This document shows positions 1-9,607 of a DNA stretch of 40,563 bases, piece after piece (position 1 is the stretch's first letter; each line of letters opens with the position of its first letter). Below the pieces are notes generated by a model. It ran no database searches and was not told the DNA's origin. It saw nothing but the letters and a program-made list of their open reading frames with translations. The translations under genes were made by a program, and so were the position numbers. The DNA comes from a virus (taxonomy: Duplodnaviria; Caudoviricetes), in IMG/VR virus record IMGVR_UViG_3300031965_000077, positions 1-40,563 of that record. One strand, written 5' to 3'.

Positions 1-254
1 AACCCCCCACCCCACGTTTTGTCAAAGAACATAATATCCCCGTCCTTAGGGTACTTTGTGAGACTGTTTGGTGTCTTAAACCACTCAAGTTCAGAGGCGT
101 TGTGGTAGAGATCACGGGCATGGCCCCAAATATGAGAAAGCCCCAAGTCCTTGATGTAAACCATGACAAGCCCAACACACTCGCCCTTATTAACGTCAGT
201 ATTACCTACGTTTCTAACCCCTGTGTATTTTTTGATAAATTCTTGTAAGGTCAT
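1..254 (-). CDS. Partial variant copy of CHAP endolysin N-terminus (runs off window)
   Basis: ATG at 254; MTLQEFIKKY...ECVGLV...IWGHARDLYHN, allelic to 39546..40385. Confidence 0.8.
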   Translation of the reverse strand, partial: MTLQEFIKKYTGVRNVGNTDVNKGECVGLVMVYIKDLGLSHIWGHARDLYHNASELEWFKTPNSLTKYPKDGDIMFFDKTWGGG

Positions 255-432
255 ATCTACCTACCTTGATACTTACCCTTCGGTTTGTCTCCGATGCCCC
301 CTATCGCTTGGTGATTTGTTCTACTAAAGTAAAATCCAATAACCAAGAAGAATGCGTTTCGAAGCTCCTGATTCTCAATCCCCGCAACTCCGCTGTATAT
401 TACAGCAAAAGTAATACCCAAAGCAATACTAG
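1..432. repeat. Left copy of terminal overlap (matches 40132..40563)
   Basis: Ungapped manual alignment at offset 40131: about 21 substitutions in 1..305, then 306..432 identical (127 bp). Confidence 0.95.
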
Positions 433-544
433 CCTGGGTAAATTCCCAAATTATATTGACTTTCCTTTGCCCAGCGACAACCAAATCCTCCTGGTGGGTG
501 GTCTTTGGAGCTAGGGGCAACTGTGTGTCGCTCACCTGCTCCAT
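257..544 (-). CDS. Holin-like membrane protein
   Basis: 95 aa, two hydrophobic segments, basic C-terminus, directly upstream of endolysin. Confidence 0.65.
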   Translation of the reverse strand: MEQVSDTQLPLAPKTTHQEDLVVAGQRKVNIIWEFTQASIALGITFAVIYSGVAGIENQELRNAFFLVIGFYFSRTNHQAIGGIGDKPKGKYQGR

Positions 545-889
545 TTAGGCCCCCATCTTAAATAGGGTGAGAGCTATGGCGACGAGGCCGCCTGTAACCG
601 ATGTAATGAGTATCCAAAACGCTCTCTTGTATGAGTCAAACTCATCCTTTGACACAACCCTATTGGAGAGTTCGTCGGCTAGGTTCCTGCTGTCGGCGTC
701 AAGTCTTTTGGTAAATTCGGTAAACTCTGCTCTTGTTATAAAGCTATCCGCTAAGGTTTTGAAAGCCACCTTTAGGTCGTCCATGCCCTTTTTCAAGTAC
801 TCTATGTTCGTCTCTATCTTGGCTACGCTTATATTGAGCCTTGAGAGGTCGGAGGTTGGTATCTCTTCTTGTTCTGCTTTGTTTTTCAT
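545..889 (-). CDS. Coiled-coil protein with C-terminal TM helix (lysis-module accessory)
   Basis: Heptad-like N-terminus then FWILITSVTGGLVAIALTLF; position in lysis block. Confidence 0.55.
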   Translation of the reverse strand: MKNKAEQEEIPTSDLSRLNISVAKIETNIEYLKKGMDDLKVAFKTLADSFITRAEFTEFTKRLDADSRNLADELSNRVVSKDEFDSYKRAFWILITSVTGGLVAIALTLFKMGA

Positions 890-897
890 GTTTCCTT

Positions 898-1827
898 TTA
901 GGCCAGGTTATCCGATCTACTCAGCTCAGACCAGTTTCCCGCAGTTCTTCGTATGAGTACTATGGTGTCTGCCGTGTGTGTGAGGGAAAAGTCTGACCCA
1001 GATAAGTTAAGGTTTCCCGTTCCATCTTTCACAACTACTGTACGGGCAGCGCTTTCTGCCTGTAGTACTAAAAGGTCCCCTACATCTCCCCCGTTTATTG
1101 TGGCTAGGTCATCACTAGCCGCGTCAGATTCGGTGTCGATAGCGTGATATTTTCCAGTTACAGTTATAACCCCGGCGGATATGGTGAGCTCACTTGGCGC
1201 TCCGAAAGCCCCCGCGGCGGCGGGTATACCAGCTATTTCTGTGTCAACATACTGCTTGATTGACTGTTGGGTTGCAACCTTTGTATTAGAATTAGAAGAC
1301 ATATTGTCTTCGTCCAATACCTCGAAGCCATCAACTAAATCCCCGTCAGCGTTCCACTTCGCCGTGTAATTCTCAGTTCCTGCGGTTCCTGTAACAAGTT
1401 TAGTATCTGATCCCGTTTTTAAGGCGGAAGCTATCTCTGTGATTGCGTCTATAAAGTCCGCGGACACAGGGGCTATTAAATTACCGCCAGAGTCAAATAG
1501 GGTGTCTAGTAAGTCGTCGTAAGCCTTGGCAGTCCACACAAACTCAACGACTGAGCCTACGGAGTGGTCTTGGTCTGTCGATCCCCCAACGGCCCTTGTG
1601 AGTCCTGTTAGTGTGCTTCCTGAGGTTCCTGTGAATATGACATACTCCCTCACAGAGGCCGACTTCTCCTCCCCGCTGGTGTCAATACGGTTAATAACCA
1701 CAATTCCAGCTTTATTCTGGATATTTGTGGTGTTGTTAAGTGTCATGGACGAAGTGTCGCCCTGATCCAACTGCGCATTTAACGTCTTTTGTAGTACCTC
1801 TACTGAGGGTGGATAGAATATAGTCAT
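898..1827 (-). CDS. Virion structural protein, tail fibre/spike-like
   Basis: 309 aa, T/S/G/D-rich beta character; TLTGLTRAVGGSTDQDH motif typical of phage tail proteins; end of tail module. Confidence 0.6.
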   Translation of the reverse strand: MTIFYPPSVEVLQKTLNAQLDQGDTSSMTLNNTTNIQNKAGIVVINRIDTSGEEKSASVREYVIFTGTSGSTLTGLTRAVGGSTDQDHSVGSVVEFVWTAKAYDDLLDTLFDSGGNLIAPVSADFIDAITEIASALKTGSDTKLVTGTAGTENYTAKWNADGDLVDGFEVLDEDNMSSNSNTKVATQQSIKQYVDTEIAGIPAAAGAFGAPSELTISAGVITVTGKYHAIDTESDAASDDLATINGGDVGDLLVLQAESAARTVVVKDGTGNLNLSGSDFSLTHTADTIVLIRRTAGNWSELSRSDNLA

Positions 1828-1907
1828 TTAATCATTCCCATTGTATGCCTCTCAAAAGAGGTTTTCTTGGTCTTTTTGCTAACCTTGTACTTTTTCGACT
1901 TCTTCAT
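1824..1907 (-). CDS. 27-aa Lys-rich peptide (not in ORF track)
   Basis: MKKSKKYKVSKKTKKTSFERHTMGMIK; ATG 6 nt below a -10 box; ATGA overlap with next gene. Confidence 0.6.
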   Translation of the reverse strand: MKKSKKYKVSKKTKKTSFERHTMGMIK

Positions 1908-1943
1908 AGTAAAATCCTATCTTTGGTACTTGTAGGTTTGCAA
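1908..1943 (-). promoter_or_regulatory. TTGCAAACC-class promoter, leaderless
   Basis: TTGCAA-N18-TAGGAT-N6-ATG. Confidence 0.7.
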
Positions 1944-1944
1944 C

Positions 1945-2133
1945 CTAGTAAGCCCTTTTCTTCTTTCCATTTCCCTTAGTCTTGACAGTTCCCTGAATGT
2001 AGGAATTAGGGGCTTTGGTTACATCTCTTGATGTTCCACCAGCGCCTCTACCCGCACCCTGACCTCCATCTGCGTTAAGGTTTTGGAATTTGTCGGATCT
2101 TATACTTATCTTGTCTATGTTTTTACTTGCCAT
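1945..2133 (-). CDS. Small basic Gly/Lys-rich protein
   Basis: 62 aa ORF filling the gap after the ejection gene, G-rich RBS-like upstream. Confidence 0.6.
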   Translation of the reverse strand: MASKNIDKISIRSDKFQNLNADGGQGAGRGAGGTSRDVTKAPNSYIQGTVKTKGNGKKKRAY

Positions 2134-2145
2134 TCTTACACCCCC

Positions 2146-5100
2146 TTATAAGTTGAATTTAACTTGGTACTTAGGTTGTTCTACCTTCGGTGTTGATACT
2201 CTAAGGCTTGGTACTTGGGGAGCCTGTGGTATCTGATACCCCTCACTTAGCTTAATTCTAGGAATAGACGGGGATTTAGTAGAAAACTTTAACGGAACAA
2301 ACTTAATCTTTTTCAGCTTCGCCCCACTTCCCCTACCTGTCATTTTGACCTTAGGCGCCCCTTCCTTACCAAACTCGGTGTTCTTAAGTGTCTTTCCTTC
2401 TTCTTTTGAGATAAACCCTTCGTCTACGAGATCATCAATAACTCCGGGGGCAAGAACCACCTTCCCAGCGACCTCCTTTCTCATACTTACAAGGGTTTCA
2501 AAGAGTTCCTCTCTATCCTGGATACCTGATATTTGTTCTCTAACAGCGATAGATTTGATTCGGTTGGTTTCGGAAGCTAGGTCGAAGTACTCAACATCTT
2601 CGTAGCTTAATCCTACAGATTCTATAGCTTGTTGCTTTTCTTCTGGCGAGAGGTTCAGTTCGTCATCGGTCAGTATGTCTCTAGCGGTTTTGTATGCTTT
2701 GGTCTCCCACTTTGCCCCCGCTACCGCCCCCTCTGGTCTCTCTCCTAGTTTGTCTAGGTCAAAAGCATAATATACGGCGGAGCTTTCCATCGTGGGGTCG
2801 GAGGGGAGGTTACCGGACTTGGATAACATATACGGTTGGGAGTTTTCGATCTTGCTCACAACACTCTCTACCTGTTCTCTTGAAAAGTAGGTAATTCCGC
2901 TTTCCTTTTCAAACTGCTCCATAGCCTCTTTGACATCCCCTTTACTCATCTCCCCCGATTCCAATTTGGGTCTTAGGGAAGCCTCGAAGGCTGTTTTTAA
3001 TGCGTGGTCTTCCGGGGACAGATACCCTAAGTTCTTTTCGTTATTCTGGCCTCCCGCCCACAAAGGCATCCTGTGGTCCAGCTCGGTTGGAGAATCACCA
3101 TCGTTGGCGAGACCCAACTCTCTCTCAACCACCACCGCGTCTCCCCTTATTTTCCTAACAGGCTGCCCTGTTGCGACTGCGGAAAAAGTATCTACCGGCT
3201 GGGTAAGCCCTGCTTGGATGTAGAGTTTTAACTTGCTTCCAGCGTCTTTGGGAGCATCCGGGGACTGCTCATACCTACTAATTGCTGATACGGACTGAAT
3301 CTCCCCCAGACCCCTGTAAATGGCTAACTGCTTCTTAGTAAGGGATTTAACAGCCTTATCGGGGTCCCCTATCCTAGTGGTTTCAACAAACTTAGCTTTA
3401 ACGGCCTGGCGGACATCTTTTGATAGATTGGACAACGCTCGTTCCTTTTCAGAGTCGGTCATCGTCTGGTAGTCACTAGAGGACATAAGCTGGTTAAAGT
3501 GTTTCTGGGTATTTGCCCCAATAGCCCCCTCTAACAAATCCTGCTGCTCTTGGGTTATATTCACCTTACCCGTTGCGGGGAATGTCTCTTTTTTAGATAT
3601 AGACGGAGGGGTTACGCCATAACCTTCGTCTTGAAGCCTCCTTAGTTCCTGATTCAAGGGAGTTGCGGTTACAGCCTCTGTACTCCTGAAAGGATCGTAA
3701 AATCCCGAAAAGCCTTGTTGGTTAGGAATGGGGCGTCCAAACATATCCCTCCTTGGGTAGAGTGTCTGCCTTGCTCCAGGAATGTCCGCTTTGATTGCCT
3801 GAAAGCCGCCCTGTATCTCACGGGACTGTGAGTCGGTAGCTGTAGCAAACTTTCCAACTATGTTGGGTATTATCGAACCTGCTGTCTGTTCAACAAACCT
3901 CTCCCCAAATTTCTGAGGGTCATTTATTGCGCCCAACGCCCCCGAAACCCCCTGTAAGAAGGACTGCTCAGTAACGGACTTCCCTAACATCATAACTCCC
4001 CGGAAGAACGCTGTGTCCAAATCTTCCCCGTCGTCTTTTCTGGCCCTCTTTATCTCTCCCCCCATTGCCATCATTGTTAAGGCGGGTTGGATGTAATTTA
4101 GCGACCTCCAACTACCCCCCATATAAACGGAGAACGGCTGTTTTCCTTCCACTTCCCACAGTTTTCGTTCGTTCTGGTCTTTTGGATATTCGAGAGTCAT
4201 TAACCCCTTATCATATAGGGCAGCTCCTAGAGACATAAGACCAAAAGTTCCGAGAATCGGCCTTGCTAGTTGTTGTGAAAAGGCGCGCTGATCGAATGTT
4301 CCCGACTTGACACCATCAATAATCCTTTTAATTGGTTTTAAATACCCGAAGGGAGAGAAGTCTACAACCTTTTCCGCTATGGACGACGGGACTCCCCTGA
4401 AGGGCGCGATAAACTCCATAAATCCTCTAACAATTGGGTTGCTTGAGTTCGCAAGTCTACCTCCTAGCTCCCCCAGAGCTGTATTGTCCTGAAAAACTAC
4501 CCACCTGGCCTCGGCGTTAGCTAACTCTAATGCCTTTGAGGGGGGTGCTGACTCAAACGCCCGTCTGAATGCTAAGGCATCTGCCCCTTTTAGCCCCTGG
4601 TTTATCGCCTCGACCTTAGCCTGTTGCGCTAGGGAGTTTCTAAAAGCAGCGTAGTAGAATGGTTGATCTTGTGCCCCCATGAGCCTAAAAACACCGTCCA
4701 CATAGCCCTCGGCGGCCTTTCCTAGTCTACTCTCACCAAAGTACACTTTCTTAACGTCAAACTTACTTAGCGGGTCGCGCCTTGGGTCAAATCCTGTCTT
4801 AAAATACTCTACGCCCTTAGTTCCCCCCTCCTTCATTCCCTGCAAAATTCCCCTAGGTGTTATGGCTACGCTTCTTTTTCCTGTAAAAATAGAGGTAAAG
4901 GAGTCTATGACCGTTGCTATAGCGTTCGTAGTTTGCGCCGCCACCCCCATACCCGTGTTCCCCACGAGGTTCCCTGCGGTTGTTGTTGGGGATGTCAAAA
5001 GACCTGCCTTCCAAACAGATATCGCTTGGTCCAACCCCGACTGAGGGGCGTATCTTGCGATCAACTCTGACATATTGTGTACCCCCATTTGATACTCAAC

Positions 5101-6417
5101 GGAATCTGTGGGGAGTTTCTTTATAGAGTTGGACATTTCAAGTAGTTGTTCCGCGACCTCGTCTGGAAGGTTGTTATTGGTGATCTTTCGGGCGTAGTTC
5201 ATCACGCCGTCAGGAGAGAATTTGTTAAACATCGCTACGGCCTGTATACCCTGTCCCGCGTCGGTTAGTTTTCTGGCGTAGGAGTCGTATAGCTCACTTG
5301 CTATATCAAATTCCCCCTTCAGGTCGTGGAATTTAATAAGTTCGTTTGCTAGGGCTGTGTTTTCAGCGGATACGGGGCCGTCCATAACTGCGCGTCTCGC
5401 GTCGTTCGGCGCATACTGAATTGTCTCCTGTGCTTTTTCTAGTACGAACTTATTGGTCTTTGGCTCGTAGGTAGAGCTGATAGTGCCTTTTAGCTGGTCA
5501 GAAACCTCGGCCTTCTTAATGGTTTCCCCGTAGCCCCTTGGTAACTCATCCCCCACGCCTTTAGTAGCTTGATTCCAGATGTCGGTTAGTTGTTTCTTAT
5601 TTATATCGGGGAAGTTCTTTGTTTGGGACTTTACAAAATCCTTCGCACTCTTATACTTACGGGCTTCTTGTGCTAGGGGTTCTAGGTCTTTGGGGGTGTT
5701 CATATTCTTTTTTATATTCTTTGCTGGAAATTTCCCAATATCTCTTACGTCCCCGTCCGCACCCGCCGCGATATTGAAGGACTGCCTTTCCCCAAAGTCT
5801 TTTAATAAAGCACTTTCCTCTGGGGAGAGACTCTCCCCGGCCAGAAACCTCTGCTGTAGTTCGAGAGCCTTGCCTGTGTCTGGGTCTCCCAATATAAGCG
5901 CCTTGGCGGTATTGCCTACAAACTCCACCACGCCTCTAGCAAGTTTGTTAGCGTTGGGATTTCTCAGGGACAGCGGGTTGTTGTCGCTGGGATCAAGACC
6001 TATGTTTATCGGGGCTTCCTGCAAAACCCGCAACCTTGGTATTCCCGCCACAGCCTGATGAAGAAAAGGGACCGCCTCTGCCTGTCCGGCGCTGGAGAAA
6101 TCCTCACTCCGCACTAACGTATCTAGATTACTCATTTCCTCGGTAAACCGCTGTCTTGCTCGTTGAGTATCCCTGTTAGCCTGTTCCGAAACGCCTGTGG
6201 TTGAGGTTCCTTTCTGATTTGTGGTTAGTGTGATTGGTCTATTGAGAGTTTGTTGTATCCGGGGGTTTGATTTAACGACGGTCTGCGCAACCCTCTGGGT
6301 AACGGGGGTTATTTTGTCAGTTTGCTGACGAACATTAGAAACTCCTCTTTGTGAGGCTTTGTTAGCCATACCCCGTAGCTTTTCAAGAATAGACTTTAGT
6401 AAATCGTCTTTGTCCAT
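2146..6417 (-). CDS. Large internal virion / DNA-ejection (polyvalent-type) protein with embedded HNH-like motif
   Basis: 1423 aa, mainly helical, follows tail genes as in podoviruses; ELDHRMPLWAGG..NL..L...H..KT near C-terminus. Confidence 0.7.
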   Translation of the reverse strand: MDKDDLLKSILEKLRGMANKASQRGVSNVRQQTDKITPVTQRVAQTVVKSNPRIQQTLNRPITLTTNQKGTSTTGVSEQANRDTQRARQRFTEEMSNLDTLVRSEDFSSAGQAEAVPFLHQAVAGIPRLRVLQEAPINIGLDPSDNNPLSLRNPNANKLARGVVEFVGNTAKALILGDPDTGKALELQQRFLAGESLSPEESALLKDFGERQSFNIAAGADGDVRDIGKFPAKNIKKNMNTPKDLEPLAQEARKYKSAKDFVKSQTKNFPDINKKQLTDIWNQATKGVGDELPRGYGETIKKAEVSDQLKGTISSTYEPKTNKFVLEKAQETIQYAPNDARRAVMDGPVSAENTALANELIKFHDLKGEFDIASELYDSYARKLTDAGQGIQAVAMFNKFSPDGVMNYARKITNNNLPDEVAEQLLEMSNSIKKLPTDSVEYQMGVHNMSELIARYAPQSGLDQAISVWKAGLLTSPTTTAGNLVGNTGMGVAAQTTNAIATVIDSFTSIFTGKRSVAITPRGILQGMKEGGTKGVEYFKTGFDPRRDPLSKFDVKKVYFGESRLGKAAEGYVDGVFRLMGAQDQPFYYAAFRNSLAQQAKVEAINQGLKGADALAFRRAFESAPPSKALELANAEARWVVFQDNTALGELGGRLANSSNPIVRGFMEFIAPFRGVPSSIAEKVVDFSPFGYLKPIKRIIDGVKSGTFDQRAFSQQLARPILGTFGLMSLGAALYDKGLMTLEYPKDQNERKLWEVEGKQPFSVYMGGSWRSLNYIQPALTMMAMGGEIKRARKDDGEDLDTAFFRGVMMLGKSVTEQSFLQGVSGALGAINDPQKFGERFVEQTAGSIIPNIVGKFATATDSQSREIQGGFQAIKADIPGARQTLYPRRDMFGRPIPNQQGFSGFYDPFRSTEAVTATPLNQELRRLQDEGYGVTPPSISKKETFPATGKVNITQEQQDLLEGAIGANTQKHFNQLMSSSDYQTMTDSEKERALSNLSKDVRQAVKAKFVETTRIGDPDKAVKSLTKKQLAIYRGLGEIQSVSAISRYEQSPDAPKDAGSKLKLYIQAGLTQPVDTFSAVATGQPVRKIRGDAVVVERELGLANDGDSPTELDHRMPLWAGGQNNEKNLGYLSPEDHALKTAFEASLRPKLESGEMSKGDVKEAMEQFEKESGITYFSREQVESVVSKIENSQPYMLSKSGNLPSDPTMESSAVYYAFDLDKLGERPEGAVAGAKWETKAYKTARDILTDDELNLSPEEKQQAIESVGLSYEDVEYFDLASETNRIKSIAVREQISGIQDREELFETLVSMRKEVAGKVVLAPGVIDDLVDEGFISKEEGKTLKNTEFGKEGAPKVKMTGRGSGAKLKKIKFVPLKFSTKSPSIPRIKLSEGYQIPQAPQVPSLRVSTPKVEQPKYQVKFNL

Positions 6418-6453
6418 AGAGTAATACTATTTATAAGGCTAAGGGGTTTGCAA
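6418..6453 (-). promoter_or_regulatory. TTGCAAACC-class promoter, leaderless
   Basis: TTGCAA-N18-TAGTAT-N6-ATG. Confidence 0.75.
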
Positions 6454-6454
6454 T

Positions 6455-7624
6455 TTATGCGAACAGGTCTTCGCGTCTCTGAGGTGCGGCGATTCCTAGT
6501 AAGTCTTCGTCTCTGATTCTACCCGTTAGTGCTGGGTTACTTACAGGCTGTGTTCCGCCCATAGCTAATGCTGTTTGCGGGTTTCTGTTTGCACTTGCGT
6601 TAAACTCGCTTCCCGCCTGTTCTGCTCCTGACATTGACTGTGTATTGGACTGTGTCCATGCCTGAATCTCTTGGTCTGCTCGGTTTTTCATGGTATTTAC
6701 GCTATTTGTAGCCTCTGCCATAGCAAGGTCGATTTGAAACGCTTGGTTTCTAAGATCTTGTAAAGCCTGAAGGCGCATATTAGCCTTAGCAGACTCATTC
6801 TCTGCCTTCATTCGTGTAATTTCTAGTAATTTATCCTGAAATGACCTTCTTGCTTCGCTTAAAGCACGGGTCTTTTGAGCCTCGATATTCTGTACGGCTG
6901 TGGTGTAGCGTTCATTAACGGTTTGTCTTGCCTGACCTACCTGTTGCATTAGGTTTTCAAAATTTTGCTGTATTTGCTGTTGATTTCTTTGCATCTCTCT
7001 ACCTGCGAGGGCTGAGTATGCTTCCCCGGCGCTCGAAGCGCCGCCGAATCTTTGCTGACCGCCCATAGATAGCTCGTTAAATAATCTAACAGCGGCAGTT
7101 AAAGCGTCTTCTTTTCTCTGTCCGCCCTGTTCTTCCTGTGTTCCTAATTCCCTTTGTGAAATATCCCTCTCACCACTTAGGGTATTAACGCTCTCCCCAT
7201 AAACGGAGCCTATGTCCGACTCTATACCGGGTTGACGTGCCTTAACCTTCTTTTCTGCTTCGCCTAGGAATTTATTTGTGGGGTTGAAGATATCGTTTAT
7301 TTGTTGCTGTAGGAGTTGTTGCTGCCTTTGTGCTTCTTCTCTTGCTTTTCTTGCAGACTCTCCATCGGGGGATTTCTCGCCACCACCGGAGGAGTCACCA
7401 GAAGATCCGCCGGAGGAACTCGGCGAGAATGGCTGACCATAATCCGCGTAATATGTTAAATCGGGCCCCACTTTAACTGTTCCAGCAGCCCCACCAGAAA
7501 CCGACGGGTCGTTGGTACGTTGCCTGTACGCCATGTCCTGGAGGTTTATCTGGCTCGTGTAATCTTGGAATGTCTGGTCTCCAGGTTGTGCGGGACCTAT
7601 GAAGTTTGCAGGTAATACGGCCAT
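6455..7624 (-). CDS. Gln/Ala-rich coiled-coil internal virion (ejection) protein
   Basis: 389 aa, long Q/A/E/R helices, between tail nozzle and large ejection gene. Confidence 0.6.
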   Translation of the reverse strand: MAVLPANFIGPAQPGDQTFQDYTSQINLQDMAYRQRTNDPSVSGGAAGTVKVGPDLTYYADYGQPFSPSSSGGSSGDSSGGGEKSPDGESARKAREEAQRQQQLLQQQINDIFNPTNKFLGEAEKKVKARQPGIESDIGSVYGESVNTLSGERDISQRELGTQEEQGGQRKEDALTAAVRLFNELSMGGQQRFGGASSAGEAYSALAGREMQRNQQQIQQNFENLMQQVGQARQTVNERYTTAVQNIEAQKTRALSEARRSFQDKLLEITRMKAENESAKANMRLQALQDLRNQAFQIDLAMAEATNSVNTMKNRADQEIQAWTQSNTQSMSGAEQAGSEFNASANRNPQTALAMGGTQPVSNPALTGRIRDEDLLGIAAPQRREDLFA

Positions 7625-7661
7625 ATCGTTATAATAACCGGTTAGCGGTACAGGTTTGCAA
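7625..7661 (-). promoter_or_regulatory. TTGCAAACC-class promoter, leaderless
   Basis: TTGCAA-N19-TATTAT-N6-ATG. Confidence 0.7.
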
Positions 7662-7663
7662 CC

Positions 7664-9607
7664 CTATACCCTCTGGCTTGAACTAAGTGATCCGCTTCCC
7701 ATTTTGGCTGCCTTTAATTTAATTTCCAAAAGCTCAAAGTTTGAGTTAGCGCTGTTGGCCGTAACCTCAACCTGAACCAGACGAGCCTGTTTGAATAACG
7801 GTCCCCATCTTGTTAATTCATCTGATAGAACCGCAACGCTCGTACTGTTAGATGTTCCAAACTTAGCTGTCCCGAATTTATCAGCACCAAAACCTGAGAA
7901 TCCAGCAGTAGCCGAACCTGTTATGGTAAAGGTTTTAGCAACTGATGACGACCCATCTCTGTCTTCAATTATCAAATTAACCGTGGTAGTTCCCTTAATC
8001 CCTCTAAATAAAACGTAGAAGAACTGAATTATATTAAGCACAGTCCAATCCCCAAAGGGTGTCTTTTTAGTCCTTAGAGTTTTATTAGTCGTAGTACCAT
8101 CATCAGAGTCGGTAGCGGTGTCAAACCTGTACACCTGATTTGAGGCGTTCGCTCCAAGAACCCACCTCTCCGTTCCTGTACCGTCAACGTATTTGGTCAT
8201 ATGGGATACCCCGTAAGGGAATTTCCAAGGCCCAAGCCACGCGCCCCTTTCTCTGTCGTACACCACCATCTCCTTTTTCTGCGGAAAGGACAAGATATAC
8301 TTCTTATCAACATATATGGCACACGCCCCCGTGTAGTCTGTGTCATTCAGGTCATCGAGGTAGGGTCTGATCTTAGCGGAAATCTCGTTTGTTCTAATAA
8401 TGTTAAGAAAGTTTGGCTCATACCCGGTGACGTATAGCCCGTCTCTCCCGAAGTAAAAGGTGTCGTTTTCTACGGTTGCTATGGTTTTTTGTGAGGAACA
8501 CCCCACCGCAGTTGAGATAGGCTGATACTGTGGGTCTAGCACCGCAAAGTTCCCTATAGTTACAAGCTGTGTTTCTACTAAATAAGAGCTTCTGTCCTTG
8601 TAAACCACGATTCTATCGGCGATTGGCTGTACCTCAACCCCTGTAATGTTATCTCCTGAGTCGGGATCGATGTAAATGTACCCACCACCATCAAGCCATG
8701 AGAATTTGGTGTGGTTTGGGTATCTTCCGGAAACCATAAGTTTATTGGGGTCGTCTTCTGGGACTACTAATAATCTATCTTTGTATTTTTTGATGAACTT
8801 TGACTTAACTCCCCCCGTAGTGTTGGTCAGAGGGGCCAGTATCGTAACTGACGCGGCATCTCCGCTGTCCACGTAGCTTGTGTTGTCAGGGCCAACAGAG
8901 GCTAAAAATGTCTCATCTCCCTGTCTTCCACGATAGATTTCATACCCTGAGAGGGTGGCGTGTGAGGGGCCTGTCCAAAACAGGTGGTATTGTGAGAGGG
9001 CGAGGTTACTTGGGACATTTTGTAACACGTAGCTCCCCGAAGGAGTGGTCTGGCCGCCGTTGGCCCCTACGGCCACGACCTGATACGAGAGGTTGTTGGG
9101 GCCGCTTACCCCGGAGAAGTTAGTAACCGAAAGCCCCGTTGGTGCGCCTATCTGTGAAAATACCGTCAGGTTACCTCCGGCGTATGAAGTAAATTCCTTA
9201 TCCTCGGATACTATGTAGGTTTCTCCCCCTAATTGCTCCGTTCTAATCTGTGACCCCGATGGCCACGACTGCCCTGTGATTACAGTAGACCCCGTTCCGT
9301 CCTGTTTTACTAAATACCCTTCGTCTGATAGGGCTAGAAGCTCGTTTGTTTCGCCATCGTTTGATTTATATGTACCAAATCCTCTAATGGATCCTGTGGC
9401 ATTTGCGGTGAAGTAGGTGACAGTCCCATACCTTCCCGTAGGAACACCCTTACCAACAAGCATTATGTTATCCGCAACGGAAAGCTCCTCGTTATCAAGC
9501 TCCGTTTCTCTTAAGAGTAAATTCAGCCCTTTTCTAAAGGACTTCCACTCCTCCTCTACGGGCTTTGCGGGTCGATATTTAACTGGGCCGCCGCCAAAAT
9601 CTGGCAC
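7664..9607 (-). CDS. Tail nozzle / head-stabilisation protein (P22 gp10 / tubular B-like)
   Basis: 647 aa beta-rich, propeller-like segments, Fn3-like insert (YEIYRG..YVDSG), synteny after adaptor. Confidence 0.7.
   Translation of the reverse strand: MPDFGGGPVKYRPAKPVEEEWKSFRKGLNLLLRETELDNEELSVADNIMLVGKGVPTGRYGTVTYFTANATGSIRGFGTYKSNDGETNELLALSDEGYLVKQDGTGSTVITGQSWPSGSQIRTEQLGGETYIVSEDKEFTSYAGGNLTVFSQIGAPTGLSVTNFSGVSGPNNLSYQVVAVGANGGQTTPSGSYVLQNVPSNLALSQYHLFWTGPSHATLSGYEIYRGRQGDETFLASVGPDNTSYVDSGDAASVTILAPLTNTTGGVKSKFIKKYKDRLLVVPEDDPNKLMVSGRYPNHTKFSWLDGGGYIYIDPDSGDNITGVEVQPIADRIVVYKDRSSYLVETQLVTIGNFAVLDPQYQPISTAVGCSSQKTIATVENDTFYFGRDGLYVTGYEPNFLNIIRTNEISAKIRPYLDDLNDTDYTGACAIYVDKKYILSFPQKKEMVVYDRERGAWLGPWKFPYGVSHMTKYVDGTGTERWVLGANASNQVYRFDTATDSDDGTTTNKTLRTKKTPFGDWTVLNIIQFFYVLFRGIKGTTTVNLIIEDRDGSSSVAKTFTITGSATAGFSGFGADKFGTAKFGTSNSTSVAVLSDELTRWGPLFKQARLVQVEVTANSANSNFELLEIKLKAAKMGSGSLSSSQRV

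Noticed and set aside
1-305. Diverged repeat pair as a DGR template/variable region
   Set aside because: Substitutions are not adenine-specific on either strand, many are synonymous, and no reverse transcriptase is present
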